From: Vicugna vicugna
Lineage: Eukaryota
Reading direction: 5' to 3'
Assembly (NCBI GenBank): GCA_013265495.1
Contig: MU058054.1
Coordinates: 1-64,000 of the forward strand
DNA: 64,000 nt
Of the stretch, positions 10,001-23,900 are shown one piece after another (the stretch's first letter is position 1; each line of letters begins with the position of its first letter). A program made the translations under genes and the position numbers. The notes under the pieces are model-generated. The model was not told where the DNA came from. It was given only the letters and a program-made list of their open reading frames with translations, and made no database searches.

Positions 10001-13000
10001 TGGGGGGAAAAAAAACAAAAGACAAGTAAAGCAATATATAATTTAGATTACCATACTTATTAGGAAATAATTTGTGTACTTATTAGCATCTTGCAGAGGC
10101 CACAGGGACAAAGAGAAGGATGCAATGGTATCCAACATTCATGAATCGCATGCTGTCTTTAGGACATCAACACTTTCAGGATGTTGGGGGAAGGCCGTGG
10201 CTGAGCCACTTGAATGGGATATGAGTGAAAAGTATCTACAGCAGACAAAATTTTGAAATCTTTTTAAAAAAGCACTAGAGGGTTTGCTAGTAAAAAGTAT
10301 AGGTAAATCCTTGCAAAGAAAACACATATAAACAAGACTAGGGGAATGCAGCAATCTGAGAGCAGGGAGGAGTTAACAGCTGGCCCCTAGACTTGTGAGA
10401 TTTATGAGAACAAAAACTAGGTACTGTTTTTTGGTATACCTAATGCTCGGCATAGTCATTAGCACACTGTTTGCATAAAAGGTCTTCTGAATGAATGAAG
10501 GCAGCAAGACAAGGGATAGAGATGCTCCAAGATGAAGAGGTGGTGGAATGGTTTTAAAGGGAGAAGGTGTAACTGGACAAAGAAGAAAGAACAAAGAGAG
10601 TGATTCTGCAACAATAGAGTGAGCTGTTCAAGCAGCTGAGTAGTTTAAACTTTTTTTGCTTTACCAAAAATTAGGGGACAGCAAAAAGGGGGAGAGAGAA
10701 AGGAAAAAGGAAGAACTGAAATGATTCTGAAAAGAAAAAGAAAGAATTCTAATAGTCCTGAGTGAAAACATGGTATCCCAACCATGCAAGAGGTTAACAG
10801 ACAAGTTACAGAAAATAAAGAGAAAAAAAGAAGGTAGGAAGAGGCTGTTGTTTGCTTTTAAAACTTCATGTAAAGTACTTGGGGTATGCAGATTCAGTTA
10901 CAGTGGTAAAGAATATTTCAAAAGATGTCAAGGTTGGATTTCCAAGAACAGAGGTCTAGTTACAACCTTCTACCATATTTTTATGAATGGGGTATGAAGC
11001 ATAACATACAGTCCCCTCCACCTCATAAAAATGCTTTGTCTAAAGGAAACTTAAGGTAAACCTCTTCACATCTATAGCAAGTATCATTTTTCATTAGCTA
11101 TCTCCTCTGACAACGCCTAAGGGATTACATAAGAGACACGAACGCAGCTGAAATGCTAGTCTTTGGAAACACCCTGGGAAGCCAAACAGCAAAGGAGACT
11201 CCTGGATGAATACTAAACGCTCAGCATCTAAAGACAGCAACATGTATTACATTTACTGATGTTTGTCTCTTTCTATTTCCTGGCTGGCTCCTTTGCTCTC
11301 AATTTTGTGGCAGTGTTCTAAGACGCATTTCCACCTTCACACTGCACAGTAACACATACAACACACTGGGTCTAGGCTTCTGTTTACTGGCTAGTCATTA
11401 CTGTAAACCGGCCACTGGTATTGAATATGGTGTTACCATTCCAAAAATGTCATAAACCTTCAGGTGACCTGAACCTGAAAATTTTTATCCGAAAATGGAG
11501 AAAGGTCTGGAATTGCAAACACTCTGTCTGGGCTCAATTAGTCACTGGGAAGCTCAGGAAGTAGTTAATGCATCTGATGTAATTTTATAAACATAATAAA
11601 CAAGCTATTTTTGGAGAAACAGCAAAGCAAATATTCAAGGAAGAAAAATTAGATTTCTAAACACTCAAAAAATTTCCTTTAAGGAAAAATGTTTACATAT
11701 ATATGACTACCATCAATATTCTAAAGAGTGGAATTAACAGATATAATTATGCATTTAATCCTTTTTTTAAAAAATTGAGTTATAGTCAGTTTACAATGTT
11801 GTGTCGATTTCTGGTGTACAGCACAATTCTTCAGCATTTAATCCTTCATTTAAGTATTTCTATACCCAGATTTATGAAATATCTTTTAATGGGGCTACTA
11901 TGGCATTTAAAGTAATAATATGTTTGTAGTTATATTAAAATATACATTAAATATAAAATATCTTAGAATCAAAATCCTACAGCTATTTGTTCTACCTATG
12001 CCAGCTTCCAGTAATGTGACTTTTGCTCTCTCCCCACTCAGATTTATAAAAGCTGCTGTAGTGATGGTGTCAGGCTTGCTGGGTAACAGCCATCAAGGCA
12101 GGCGTTCACCACAGGTGAACGTTAATAAAGGAGAATGCAAAGTGGAATTAGTGTTTAAATATTCATTCTGTTTAGAATAATGATACTGCTTTCAGTGCCT
12201 TTATTTCAGTCTGTATGGGGAGATAAGCTACTCTAGAGTGAAAATACCAACCTGTGGAGCATGTCTGGTTGCATTATAAAGATTCCTGAAATAGACAAAG
12301 CCCTCTAACGAGAGAGGAGGGACATTAATCATGGCTGTGCTCTTACTGTTGCAACTTCACCTTTTCAAATAGAAGATCTTTTTATCTCATCGAACAACAT
12401 CAAGCCTGAAAATAATTCGACTCAGAGCACAGAAATGCCTGCTCTTGGTCTGGTGTTAACTTTCTCTCTTAAACCTTGAAATCTGTAACCATGTCTTCTG
12501 TAGACTTTCCTCCTCCCACTTACGTTCTTCAGACACTCCTGTGTGCTGGAAGGTTAAAAAACATAGTTCCTATTCGGTTACATCAGGCCACACCACTCTC
12601 CTGATGTCTACCTAAAAAAGGTCATGTCTATTTCTAGATTTACCTTTAGTGTGCTACAATCGTGCTGCAATGTCTCATGAGATGGGACAGTCTGTTTAAG
12701 AGCACAGCTGGAGGTAGCTGCCTGCTTTATATACCATCCCCTACGAAATGTTCAACTCCTTCAGGTTAGGACTGTACTCACTCATTTTATTGTCGCCCAT
12801 GTTTAGCACAGGGAGTTTTACATTAAGTAGCTATCAGTGTTTCCTGACGCGAACTGAAGCATAAGCCAAGGTACATTATTATTGATATGAGACTAATGGG
12901 AAGTATGGGAAATGAGTCTGCAAAATAGAAAGCACTGTGCATTGTGACTCTGTGTAAGTACTGGGCTGCTTTCAGTGCCAGCCTGACACGTTCTGAGGCA

Positions 13001-16000
13001 CGTTTAAAGCCTTCATCTGGTCTTCTGCTGCTTCCTACTTGAAACACTCAACTTTGGGTTAATTTCACAGCATACGTTCTTCAGTTTGAGTAAATATCCT
13101 AAATCTTATAAGCAGCACTAGGATCACCTGGGAACTTAACAGAAATACAAATTTCTCGGTTCCTATTCCTGAATCAGACGTGGAGGGATAGGAGAGCAAT
13201 GTGTGCTTTAATAAGCCCTTCAGGTGACTTCTGAAGTGCACCAAAGTTTGAGAACTACTTACTAGAATCATTTTTTGGTGTGATGAATGTCATATCCAAG
13301 TGACCCCTCTAGTGCATCACCGCAACCCCTCAAGAATGTAACACAGATGAAAGTTCTCTGACTGCTAAGTTTTATAATCATGCATAATCATTTTATTTGG
13401 CAGATCTTTTAATTCTATTTGCAAAAGTAACTTCGTCAAGGAGTTTTTTGTTTTTAATTCTCAGTACTTACCCTTTATTATTTAGTGGTGATGTGGGAGA
13501 CAGGGAAGGACAGGTTCTCTTGGCAGATGGCTCTTCCTCCTCTTCATCAGATGAACTGTCTATGGTGAGGTCAATCACCTCTACTTTCTTATTTTTATTT
13601 GAGGACTGGTGGTGAGAAGTCACCTGGTGCTCTAATGTGGAGCTCAAGCATCCTGTGTGGGGACGATTAAAACACAAGGCAAAAAAGACCTATGACATCT
13701 CTCTTTGTTTCCGCAATGTGTCTATGGATTAGCTGATCAGTTACGGGTCAGAGAGTAGAAAAGCAACAGTGGTTCTGTTCCTCTAAGCTTAAAACTACTA
13801 TTTATTATTGGTTGTTACAGGATTTTTTGGAAAAACAATTCTGAATTAGGGCACACAATCAGAACATACGTCCACTTCAGAATAAAAGTCGTCTGAGGGC
13901 AAAGACTACATTGCACATGTCTACCTGTACATTACCTGATACACTGAGAAATGTTATGGTAACATTTTAAAAAGCCATAGCCTCCTTCCAGCAGAAAAAA
14001 AAAAAGCCAGGGAAAAAATGTAAATGAAAAAGGAACATTTACTAATCTGTACCAAGTCTGTTAAAAATTTAAAAGGATAAGATACCATTTCAAAAGCATG
14101 ACTTTACAAATAACTTTTTAGATTATGTCACTTTGAAATCTTATACCACAGAATTTTAAAAGCTGGCAAAAGTAAATTTAAGAAGTTTCACTACTTCTGA
14201 ACATTTAATCAATAATTTAATAAGACTTATTGAGCTCTCCATAAACTGCTGAGTGTTTTTTAAAAAATTTATGCATTTTAATATTAAAAACCAAGGCTCT
14301 ACAACCGCAGGGAGACTGCACCACCCTTTTGGAAAAGGAACACTCACCATCGACTCCATTGTAAGAGGCAGAAACTTCCTGTACTTCTTTCTTTGACCTC
14401 ATAGGTGCCCAAGAGCCATCCTCCTTAAACTGTATTTCATCACAATCTGTACAGTACTTTAGGATTTCCATAAACAAGCTATAAAAAACAATTTGCCCTT
14501 TGAATATCATATTCTAAATTAAGACATCAGAATCATTACTCTTCAAAAAACATTCAGAACTTCTATGTTTGGTACAAGTATAAATGAGAAGGAAAGTGGA
14601 AACACAGAAGGTGTATTTGTTCTCAAAAATCTACGGCTAAATAGGAGAACAGTTATTTAAATTATGGTAACTTGATGCAAGAAAATATCATGTAACAACG
14701 ACAAATGAGGTTTCCAAAGATTTTTAATAATATGGGAGGAAAACTATGTTCACAGAAAGTGAGAAGAGGCCAGAAAAAGACAATTCAACATTTTAAAAAT
14801 AAAATTCTGTGTATAAGTGGTATATAAATAGTGTTTATCTCTGAGTGGTGACATTGTGGATATTAACTTTTTCTTTATACTTTTCTATATAATCCAAATT
14901 GCCTATAATAAGCACATCTTATTTGATGAACTGAAGCACTACATAAAAAAACATGTCTTGAAAGTTTAAGTCTCCTTGATAAATACCAAGCAGATATTAA
15001 AAAACAAGATTTGCAAAAATGTGTAAAATTAATGATCAAATTCTTGGGTTATAATGTTAGATGAAACCAAAGGATAAAAAATACTAATATTGTATAAATA
15101 CAATTATGGGAAAGTAAAAATCGGAAAGTAACACAACATAAAAGCTTTTTATTTTCCTACGTTTTCCAATTTTTCTTTAGGGTGTGAGTGTGTGTGTGTG
15201 TGTCTATGTGTATGTATGACCTTTATAATGAGAAAGAAAAATCCCAATTGATCGGGGCATCTAAAGCTATATAAATATACAGAGTTGGTAAAATATTACT
15301 ATTCAATTCAGATTTATCGTCTCTGAAAAATTAAACATAAAACATTTAAGTAACATGTTTACTTGTCCCTGTATGACTGGTCTGACATCCTCCACGCTCT
15401 GGGTTACACTTGTATTGCTAAAGGTACTCCATTCCTTATGTTACATCTTAGAGTCCTGTGTTTTCTCAGATACTTTAGGTAAGTTGCCTTAAGTGTTTTG
15501 CTAGAGAGTATAGGAAACATCAACAGATCCTTCTTTTCACAACAGCAAAAAGGAGGTTAGAGAATGGGAGAAAAATTAAAGGGACATTCCAAGGTGTCCG
15601 GAAGGGCAGATAAAACACCAGTGTTTAAAACAAACAAAAAAAACCTGTTGTGATGCTGTGGGTAGAGAAGACAGACAGAGGTAAGTATTTTAGAGAAAAG
15701 AGAAAAACAAAGAGAACTGCTTTTCAGTGTACTGACTCGCTTTAGAAGCCTGTGCAGCAGGGACTAGGTATGATGGATGACGAGAAAATCTACAAAAACA
15801 GGCAACTTAACTAAAAAGCCCACATTTTGGTCAGCTTAAGTGAATCAGAACTTGGTCATTCTTTCATTCTTTCTCTAATCTGGTCTGCATGTCTAGGGAC
15901 AGAAGGAGTCACGCTAGGACAAAGTGTAAGCACACACCCTGCTTAGAACCACTGGCGCTTTAAACAGCAAATGTCAGGATGGACGGACGGACAGTAAAGC

Positions 16001-17955
16001 ACACATTTTCAAAACAAGAGGACTTAAAGATGAAAAGTAGATGGTTACTCTGAGGTGCAAGGAAAAACTTTAAATCGACATACCCATCAATAATAAGGTG
16101 TTCATATGGCGCCTTCTTATCGCAGACAGGACAAACCCAGGTTGGCTTTTTCTCATTCATCTGAATATAAAGAGTTGCATCAAAACACTGCAGATGAGAA
16201 CATGTAAGGGCCCGACATGGAATTGTCAGCCGCATTTTACCAAGCTTTAAAAGAGGGAGACAGAAGTAAATATAAGTTTTGGTAAAAATTTCCCAAAAGA
16301 CAATATAATAAGTATTCTGATTTAAAGCATATCATGTTTACCTCTCATTACTATGGAAGAACACTAAACACATTTTAGGTGAAACATTTACAGGTTAAAA
16401 AATTACAGTATTTCTTTGGATATTAAATCAGTAACTATGGAAAGTCTTCTTTACTCTCAGTCCACAGCTCACCGATCAGCTTTTAGCAGACAGGACTGTG
16501 AATCTCTTGAAATTATATGCAAAATCTTTTAAGTGTGTGCATTTTCCTGGAGAGCATGTTTTCAGCAAATTTTTAGAGTAATCCCTGATCCAAAAAAGTT
16601 AACAACCACTTTACTGGGGATTGGGAAAGGAAGAAGGAATGCCTTATTAGATACTGCAAGATACAGATAACAATGACATTGATTATCAACCTGATCTCTG
16701 AACAAAAGTAATTCACAGGTCAAAATGGAATGAGCACTCCCCACAATGTTTGGCCTAACATGCCAAAAGGCAGCTTTGAGAAGAAAGCCAGGCATGTGTG
16801 CTCTCTATTTCTTCCCTCCCTGTGCACCACCATGGGCAATTCAGCAAACACCTCTGGACTCCTAGCATCTCTAGCATGATAGGAGACTTTCTCTTCTTGC
16901 CCTGTGAATGGTGCTTTAAGCTGACATAGGTTGAATCTGTCCTACAAACACCAAAATCGGCTTCGTCTGGTCCCTGAACTGCCAGCTTTAGCTCAAAGCA
17001 GACAAGCTGTCTATAGAGACCTGCCCAGGGAGCTACCACATCTGGACCTCCTTCCTTGGAGGGCGCCTCGTATAGTGCAGCTGGATAACCACAGTGGAGG
17101 CCCCAGGGCGTACAGTGGCCGTGCTGCACAGAAGTTATCTACGTTCACTAACCACATTATTTGCTAAATATCAGGAAAACACCTCCCACATATTTGCAAG
17201 CTTAAAAAATGCAAAGGCTTGAAAAGGATATGAGTTAAATGAGGAAAAAAAGAGGAAAAGTTTCTTGCCTTAGAAGAATTTCAGGGAAATGTGCAACTTC
17301 CTAGACTACTGCGGAAATGAACTGTCATTTGGGGGCCTAAATTATTGTTCTGGCACCAATGATTTACTGTAACTCTAGGAAAGGCACTTAACCTTGCTGG
17401 GCCTCTTTTTCTATCTCTGAAGTAACACTGTTTCCTCCTTAATGCAATAGGATGTAGTGATGAAGAATAAAAAGGACATAAACCCAGAATGTGCTATCAA
17501 TTTCTGAGAAGGGAGAAAAGCCAGTTACAGTATCAGAAGTATGGACAGGAGGAGTGCACAGAAAAACTGAGAGCTCCCTTCTCTGGCCCCCCAACTCTAC
17601 CCTCCATGTGACTACACTACCCCCCACGATTAATTACAGTACAGAATTACTTGCTTCAAATCACTCTGTAAGCTAGCAGGAGACCCACTCAAACCGCAGC
17701 TCACTCAGTCTTCTATTCTGTGCTCACACAGTGTTAAACAACTTCATTACTCCCTTCCTACACTTCATTTTTTTTTTCTTTTTTGGTTTTGTTGGGGGAG
17801 GTAGTTGGGTTGGTTTGTTTGTTTGTTTAGAGGAGGTACTGGGGATTGAACCCGGGAACTTGTGTATGCTAAGCATGCACTTTACCGCTTGAGCTACACC
17901 CTACCCCCATACTTCAATTTTTATGATTTGATTTATCTAAGTACCTGATGAGAAT

Positions 17956-17986
<31 letters not shown>

Positions 17987-20900
17987 ACTAGCTCTTATAA
18001 AAGAAAAACCATCTATTTACCATTAGCCAGGACATGCTACATTAGCCTAGAAACATTTTCCAAATAACGATCTAGTTGGTGGTGCTAAATTGAACTTTTA
18101 TGTCTTAAGTCAGACCCTAACTTACCTCTGAAGTGCAAATTCCTAGAAGTCATAGAATAGAAATCCTAGGCACACATAGTAATCACAGACAAGCTCCATG
18201 TAACTACAGAACTAGCAGGCTACTCATGACAGTTTATGAAGACAATGGATAAAAAGATAAGAAATAAAGACTGTTGCAGAATCCAAGCCATAGGCCGTAC
18301 AACTGTATACTCTGAAAAGTAGTTATTCTCCAAAGACCATCCTCTCACATATTTTCAGTCCTATAATCCCCAAGCTGTCGGTTCATCTTTTTGGTGGACA
18401 GCAACTCTCAAACTCTTAATGATCAGCCACACTGACAAGTTCACCTACAGAGTTTTTAAGGAACACTGCTGCATGAGTGGCACAGGAAGGATGTGTACAG
18501 ATAAGGTATAGGAAAGGGCAAGCACAATTCAGAATGCACTGTTTATCAGCTGTCACACAAACGCCTTGCTTCAAAGAATCACAAGGTAATTGTTCTGTGA
18601 TAATCCTCATGTGCCTGATTTTTCAAAATAATCACTGAATTCTAAATACTTATCCACAAGTGGACACTGATTTCTCTAACTGGGTATCAGGAGAGAAGCT
18701 TAGCTCTGAACATCTTCATCTTGTAATTACTAATTCCCCTTTCCCTTTATAGGATGGGGTGGATATTTGCATCATTTGCAAATAAACACCGAAAACAATT
18801 CCCAAGTAAGTTTTCTAATGGGACGAATCTTACTATAACATAATCGTAACTGATAATACGGCAAAAGGGAAAATATCCGAATTAGATTTAAGTTCAAACC
18901 AGCTTATATCAAAAGGACCTTACAAACATCAATAATGTCATGTACTTTTTCCTTGTAAAGAGAAAGCAATGGTGTGATATTAAGAATTCCACAAATTTTT
19001 TTATTACTATCACCATCATCATCATAAATATTTCATGAATAAATTTCCACAGAGTGTGTTTTTTTTTCCTTCTATTAACTCTAAGTGATTTGTATTTGAG
19101 TTTACAGGTCTGGGGAGTATCTCACAAGGCAGGTTCTCAAATGTTCTTCCAGCTCTATTTTTAATAAATCAGAACTCAAAAATTCCCAGAGAGCAAAAAC
19201 ATTTTTAATTATTTCCATTGCCTTTAGCTAAATGGCACGCAAACAACAGAAACTCATTTATTTTGAGCTGTGTATATCATAACAAGGGCAATTCAAATGC
19301 ACAGTCAGACATCATATTTACATATTTCAAAGGGAACAAATCTTTTTTATTATTCTATAAATTTGATATATAGATGAGTTGTCATTACTAAGTTTTACTT
19401 TTTAGAGTAAAAACATACCTAAAATATATTGCCTTGCTGTTCCAGAATAATCGTAAAAGGACTGTCCCTTTGGTCAAATAGAAATTCATAGAAGAATTAT
19501 AATTATGGATTATATATATAGAGGTTTTTCCTATAATCTGAATTTTGAAAGCATAAGTCAATTTAAAAGGAACTCCTAAAACTATTTAAACTAAAAAGGG
19601 AGGCGCAGGGGGTTATGGAAAGAAAAATTAAAGCTTGCCCATTAAATTAACAGATGCAAGGAGCAAAACGTGATTAACATTTTCTAATAACATAAAGATC
19701 ACCTCAACTATGAAATTCAAAACTAGTTCTATAAATAAGAACATCAAGATTTATATTGTAGTGCTTATTTATATGAATAAATGCTTCATCTAAATGTTAA
19801 ATGATATAAACACCATATTTATTAGTATAACTGTAAACACTTTTAAAATGAGATTTCAGAAAAACAAGACTCCTGCCAGTGATTTAAACGGAAAATGAAG
19901 CATATGCACTTTCCTAAATTTCTCATATTCTCTGGACTGGTGTTTTATAATGGAATGAGGTGGCAAGCAGTCATGTTGAGGGGGAGGGTGGATAAATCGC
20001 CGTTTGGAGGAAAGGAAGGTATGAAAAGTATATACCTTTAAAAAACATACATGTCATTTTCCCACCCTCCACTAACCTGGTCTATAAACCATTTTTCTAA
20101 ATGTTAAAAAATACCACAGTCCTTTATACCATAGTCAGTTATAACATCTATCTGATTACTTAAGAATACACCCCTTGTCCACCCAGCCAATATTTTTTAT
20201 TGTGGTTAAAAAAAATTAACATTAAGTTTACCACCTTAACCATCTTAAAGTGTGCAATTCAGTAATGCTACATATTTTCGTGTTGTGTAACAGGCAGCTA
20301 CAACTTCATCCAGCAGCACTGAACCTCTGTACCCACTAATCTGCCCTCCCCCTAGCCCTTGGTAACCACCTTTCAACTTTGTTTCTATGATTTTGACTAC
20401 TTTAGGTATTTCAGGAGTGGAATCGTCCAGTACTTATGCTTCTGTGACTGGTTTATCTTGCTTATTGTAATGTTCTCAAGGTTCAACCATACGTAGCACA
20501 GGACAGGATTGCTTCCTTTTTTAATGTTGTATACACAATATCCTACTGTGTGTATATACACAGTTTATTTGTTCATCTCTTGATGGACATATGGGATGCT
20601 TCTACCCCTTGGCTGTTGTGAATAATGTCGTGATAAACGTGGGTGTGCAAATTATCTCTTTGAGATCTTGCTTTGAATTCTTTTGGATATTCACCCAGAG
20701 GAAGTGCTGGATGACACGGCAATTCTATTTTTAAATTTTTGTGGAAACTCCATACTGTTTTCCATAATGGCTGCAGCATTTTACATTCCCACCGACAGTA
20801 CACAAGGGTTCCAGTGTCTCTGGCATCCTTGTCAACTCTTATTATCCCCAGTTTTATTGACAAGGGCCATCCTGAAGAGTGTGAAGTTTATCTTATGTAA

Positions 20901-23900
20901 TTTTGACATGCATTTCCTTAATGATTAGTGATGATGAACATCTTTTCATGTGCTTGTCAGCCATCTGTATAACTTCTTGGGAGAAAAGTCTATTCAAGTC
21001 CTTTGCCTACTTTTAACCAGCTTGTTTTTTGTTGTTGTTGTTGGGCTGTAAAAGTTCCTTCTCAGGTATAAAATTCACAGTTATTTTCTCCCATTCCACA
21101 GGCTATCTTTTCACCCTGTTAACTGTTGCCTTTGACATGCACAAGTTTTAAGTCTGGTGTAGTCCCATGGGTCTATTTTTGCTTTCGTTGCCTATGCTTT
21201 TGGTGTCATGGCCAAGAAGTCACTGCCAAATTCAACGGAACCTTTTCCCCTATTTTTTTCTTCTAGGAATATAACAATTTAAGGTCTCATGGTTTAGATT
21301 TTTAATCCATTTTGAGTTAATTTTTGCACATACTGCAAAGTAGGGGTCCAGCTTCATTATTTTGGACGTGAATATCCAGCTTTCCCAATGCCACCTGTTT
21401 AAAGAGACCCTCTATGTAGTCTTGTTATGTCTGTGTATGGTTTGGGGATCAGTAATGCTAGCTTCACAGAATGGGTTTGGGAATATTCTTTCTTCGATTC
21501 TTTGGAAGAGTTAGAAAAGGACTGGTGTTAATTCTTCTTTAAATGTTTGGGAGGATTCTCCAGTGAAGCCGTAGGGTCCTGGGTTTTTCTTTATTGGGAG
21601 GTTTTCATTGCTGCTTCAGTCTCCTCACTACTTGTAAGTTTGTTCAGATTTCTTATTTCTTCATGATTCAGTCTTGGTAGGTTGTAAGTTTCTAGGAATT
21701 TATCCACTGCTTTTTTTTTTCTTTTAATAGACTTTATTTTTTTTAGAGCAGTTTCAGGTTTACAGTAGAACTGAGCAGAAAATAGAGCGTTCCCACAAAG
21801 CCCTCCCCACCCACACATATACACTCCCCTACCCTCAACATCCCTCATCAGTGTGGCATATTTGGTACAATCGATGAACCAACATGGACACATTATTATT
21901 ATCAACCAAAGTCCAGAGTTTACATTAGGGTTCACTTGTGACGTTGTACATTCTATGGGCTTTGACAAATGCATAATGACATGTAGCCACTATAGTATCA
22001 TACAGAATAATTTCACTGCCCTAAAAAATCCCTTGTGCTCCATCTATTCATCTCTCCCTCCTAGGAATTTATCCATTTCTTCTTTGCCAGTGTTCTGGCA
22101 CAGCAGTCTCTTATAATCCTTTTTATTTCTGTGACATCAGTTATAATGTCTCCTCTTTCATTTCTAATTTTAGCTATTTGAGTCTTCCCGCTTTTTTCCT
22201 TAGTTTAGCTAAGGGTTTGTCAATTCTGCTAATCTTTAAAAAAAAAAAAAACAACCAACCCCTGATTTCCTGATTTTTTCAGTCTGTTTTTCTATTCTCT
22301 ATTTCATTTATCTCTGCTCTAATCTTCAATTATTTCCTTCCTTCTGCTGACCTCGGGTTTAGTTTGTTTTTCTTTTTCTAGTTGCTTGAGGTATAAGGTT
22401 AGGTTGCTGATTTGAGACCTTTTTCCTTTTTTAATGTAAGCATTTACCGCTATAAACTTCCCTCTTCCTACTGCTTCTGTTGCATCCCTTAAGTTTTGGT
22501 ATATTGTGTTTTCACTTAATTTGTCTTCAGATATTTTCTAAATTCCTTTGTGATTTCTTCTTTGACCCACTGGTTGTTTAAGAATGCACTGTTTAATTTC
22601 CTCCTACTTATGGATTTTCCTTTCTATCTCCGGTTACTGATTTCTAGTTTCATCCCACTGTGGTTAAAGAAGATATTTAATATGATTTTAATCTTAAATT
22701 TGCTAGGACTTGTTTGTAGCCTACCATGTTCTGTATCTTAGAAAATGTGCTGTGTGCACTTGAGAGGAATGTGTAATCTGCTTTGCTGGGTGCAGTACTC
22801 GGCATGTGTCTGTTAGGTCCAATTGGTATATAGTGTTGTTTAAGTCCTTTGCTTCCTTATTGTCCTTCTGTCTGGCTGTTCTATCTATAACCAAAAGTGA
22901 GGTATTGAAGTCTCCTACTATTACTGTGTTACTGTCTATTACTCCCTTCAGTTCTGTCAATCATTGCATCATGTATTTAGGAAAGAATTTACACATTTTA
23001 AACCATAATATAAAAAGCCTGGAGTCAAAATATTTTCCCTAAAAAAATGACTGGCTATAGTAAGGAATAAAAAGATAGAAGGATATATACAAAATGATAC
23101 ATTTGTTGGTTTTTATTAACTTCACTGTATTTTTTCCTATGATTTATAGAAACTTAATAATGAACAGGAGTTCCATTATCAATGGTAAAACAAAATTTAA
23201 AAAAAGCTACAGAAAATACTGTATTATAAATTGATTCATCAGCTGATAACTTTTTCATACTGTGTTTGAGGTTTGATAAACTATAAAGACTAAGATACAG
23301 AACAAATAACATTTTCTGTTAAAAATTTTTGTTTCTTTAAGAATAAATAGAGAGAATAGCTCAAAGTGGTAGAGCGCATGCTCAGCATGCACAAGGTCCT
23401 GGGGTCAATTCCCAGTACTTCCTCTATAAATAAACAAATAAACCTAATTACCTCCCCCCCTGCCAAAAGAATAACTTCAGCTTCATTTTAGATTAGTAGG
23501 ATTTCCAATATTAAAAGCTTTCAATATCAGTCTTGCCTTAACAATCCCAGCAAATTAGGAAACAGCTATGTCCTCTTATTTTTCATACTTTCTCCCCAGT
23601 TTAGATATGATTCGTTTGATTAATTATAGAACAAAAGGTAATCAAAATGTCAAAGTAATTTACTCTTAGTTTTTCATATATTTTTATATGAAAGCATCAT
23701 TCAACTACCATTCCTAGTACTGATGGACCTAACATCAAACCAGTTGTGGGGGAGGGTATAGCTCAGTGGTAGATGAGCTTAGCATGTATGAAGTCCTGGG
23801 TTCAATCCCTGGCACCTCTATTAACAAACAAACAAGTAAATTAGAATGAATAAATAAATCTAATGACCTCCCTCAAGAAAAAAAAAAAAGATTAAAACCA

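Noticed and set aside
16755..17167. Overlapping 124-aa and 78-aa ORFs in intron 8
   Set aside because: No recognisable protein and no splice support.
23748..23820. tRNA-like sequence
   Set aside because: It is a SINE head with a SINE body and poly(A), not an intact tRNA gene.
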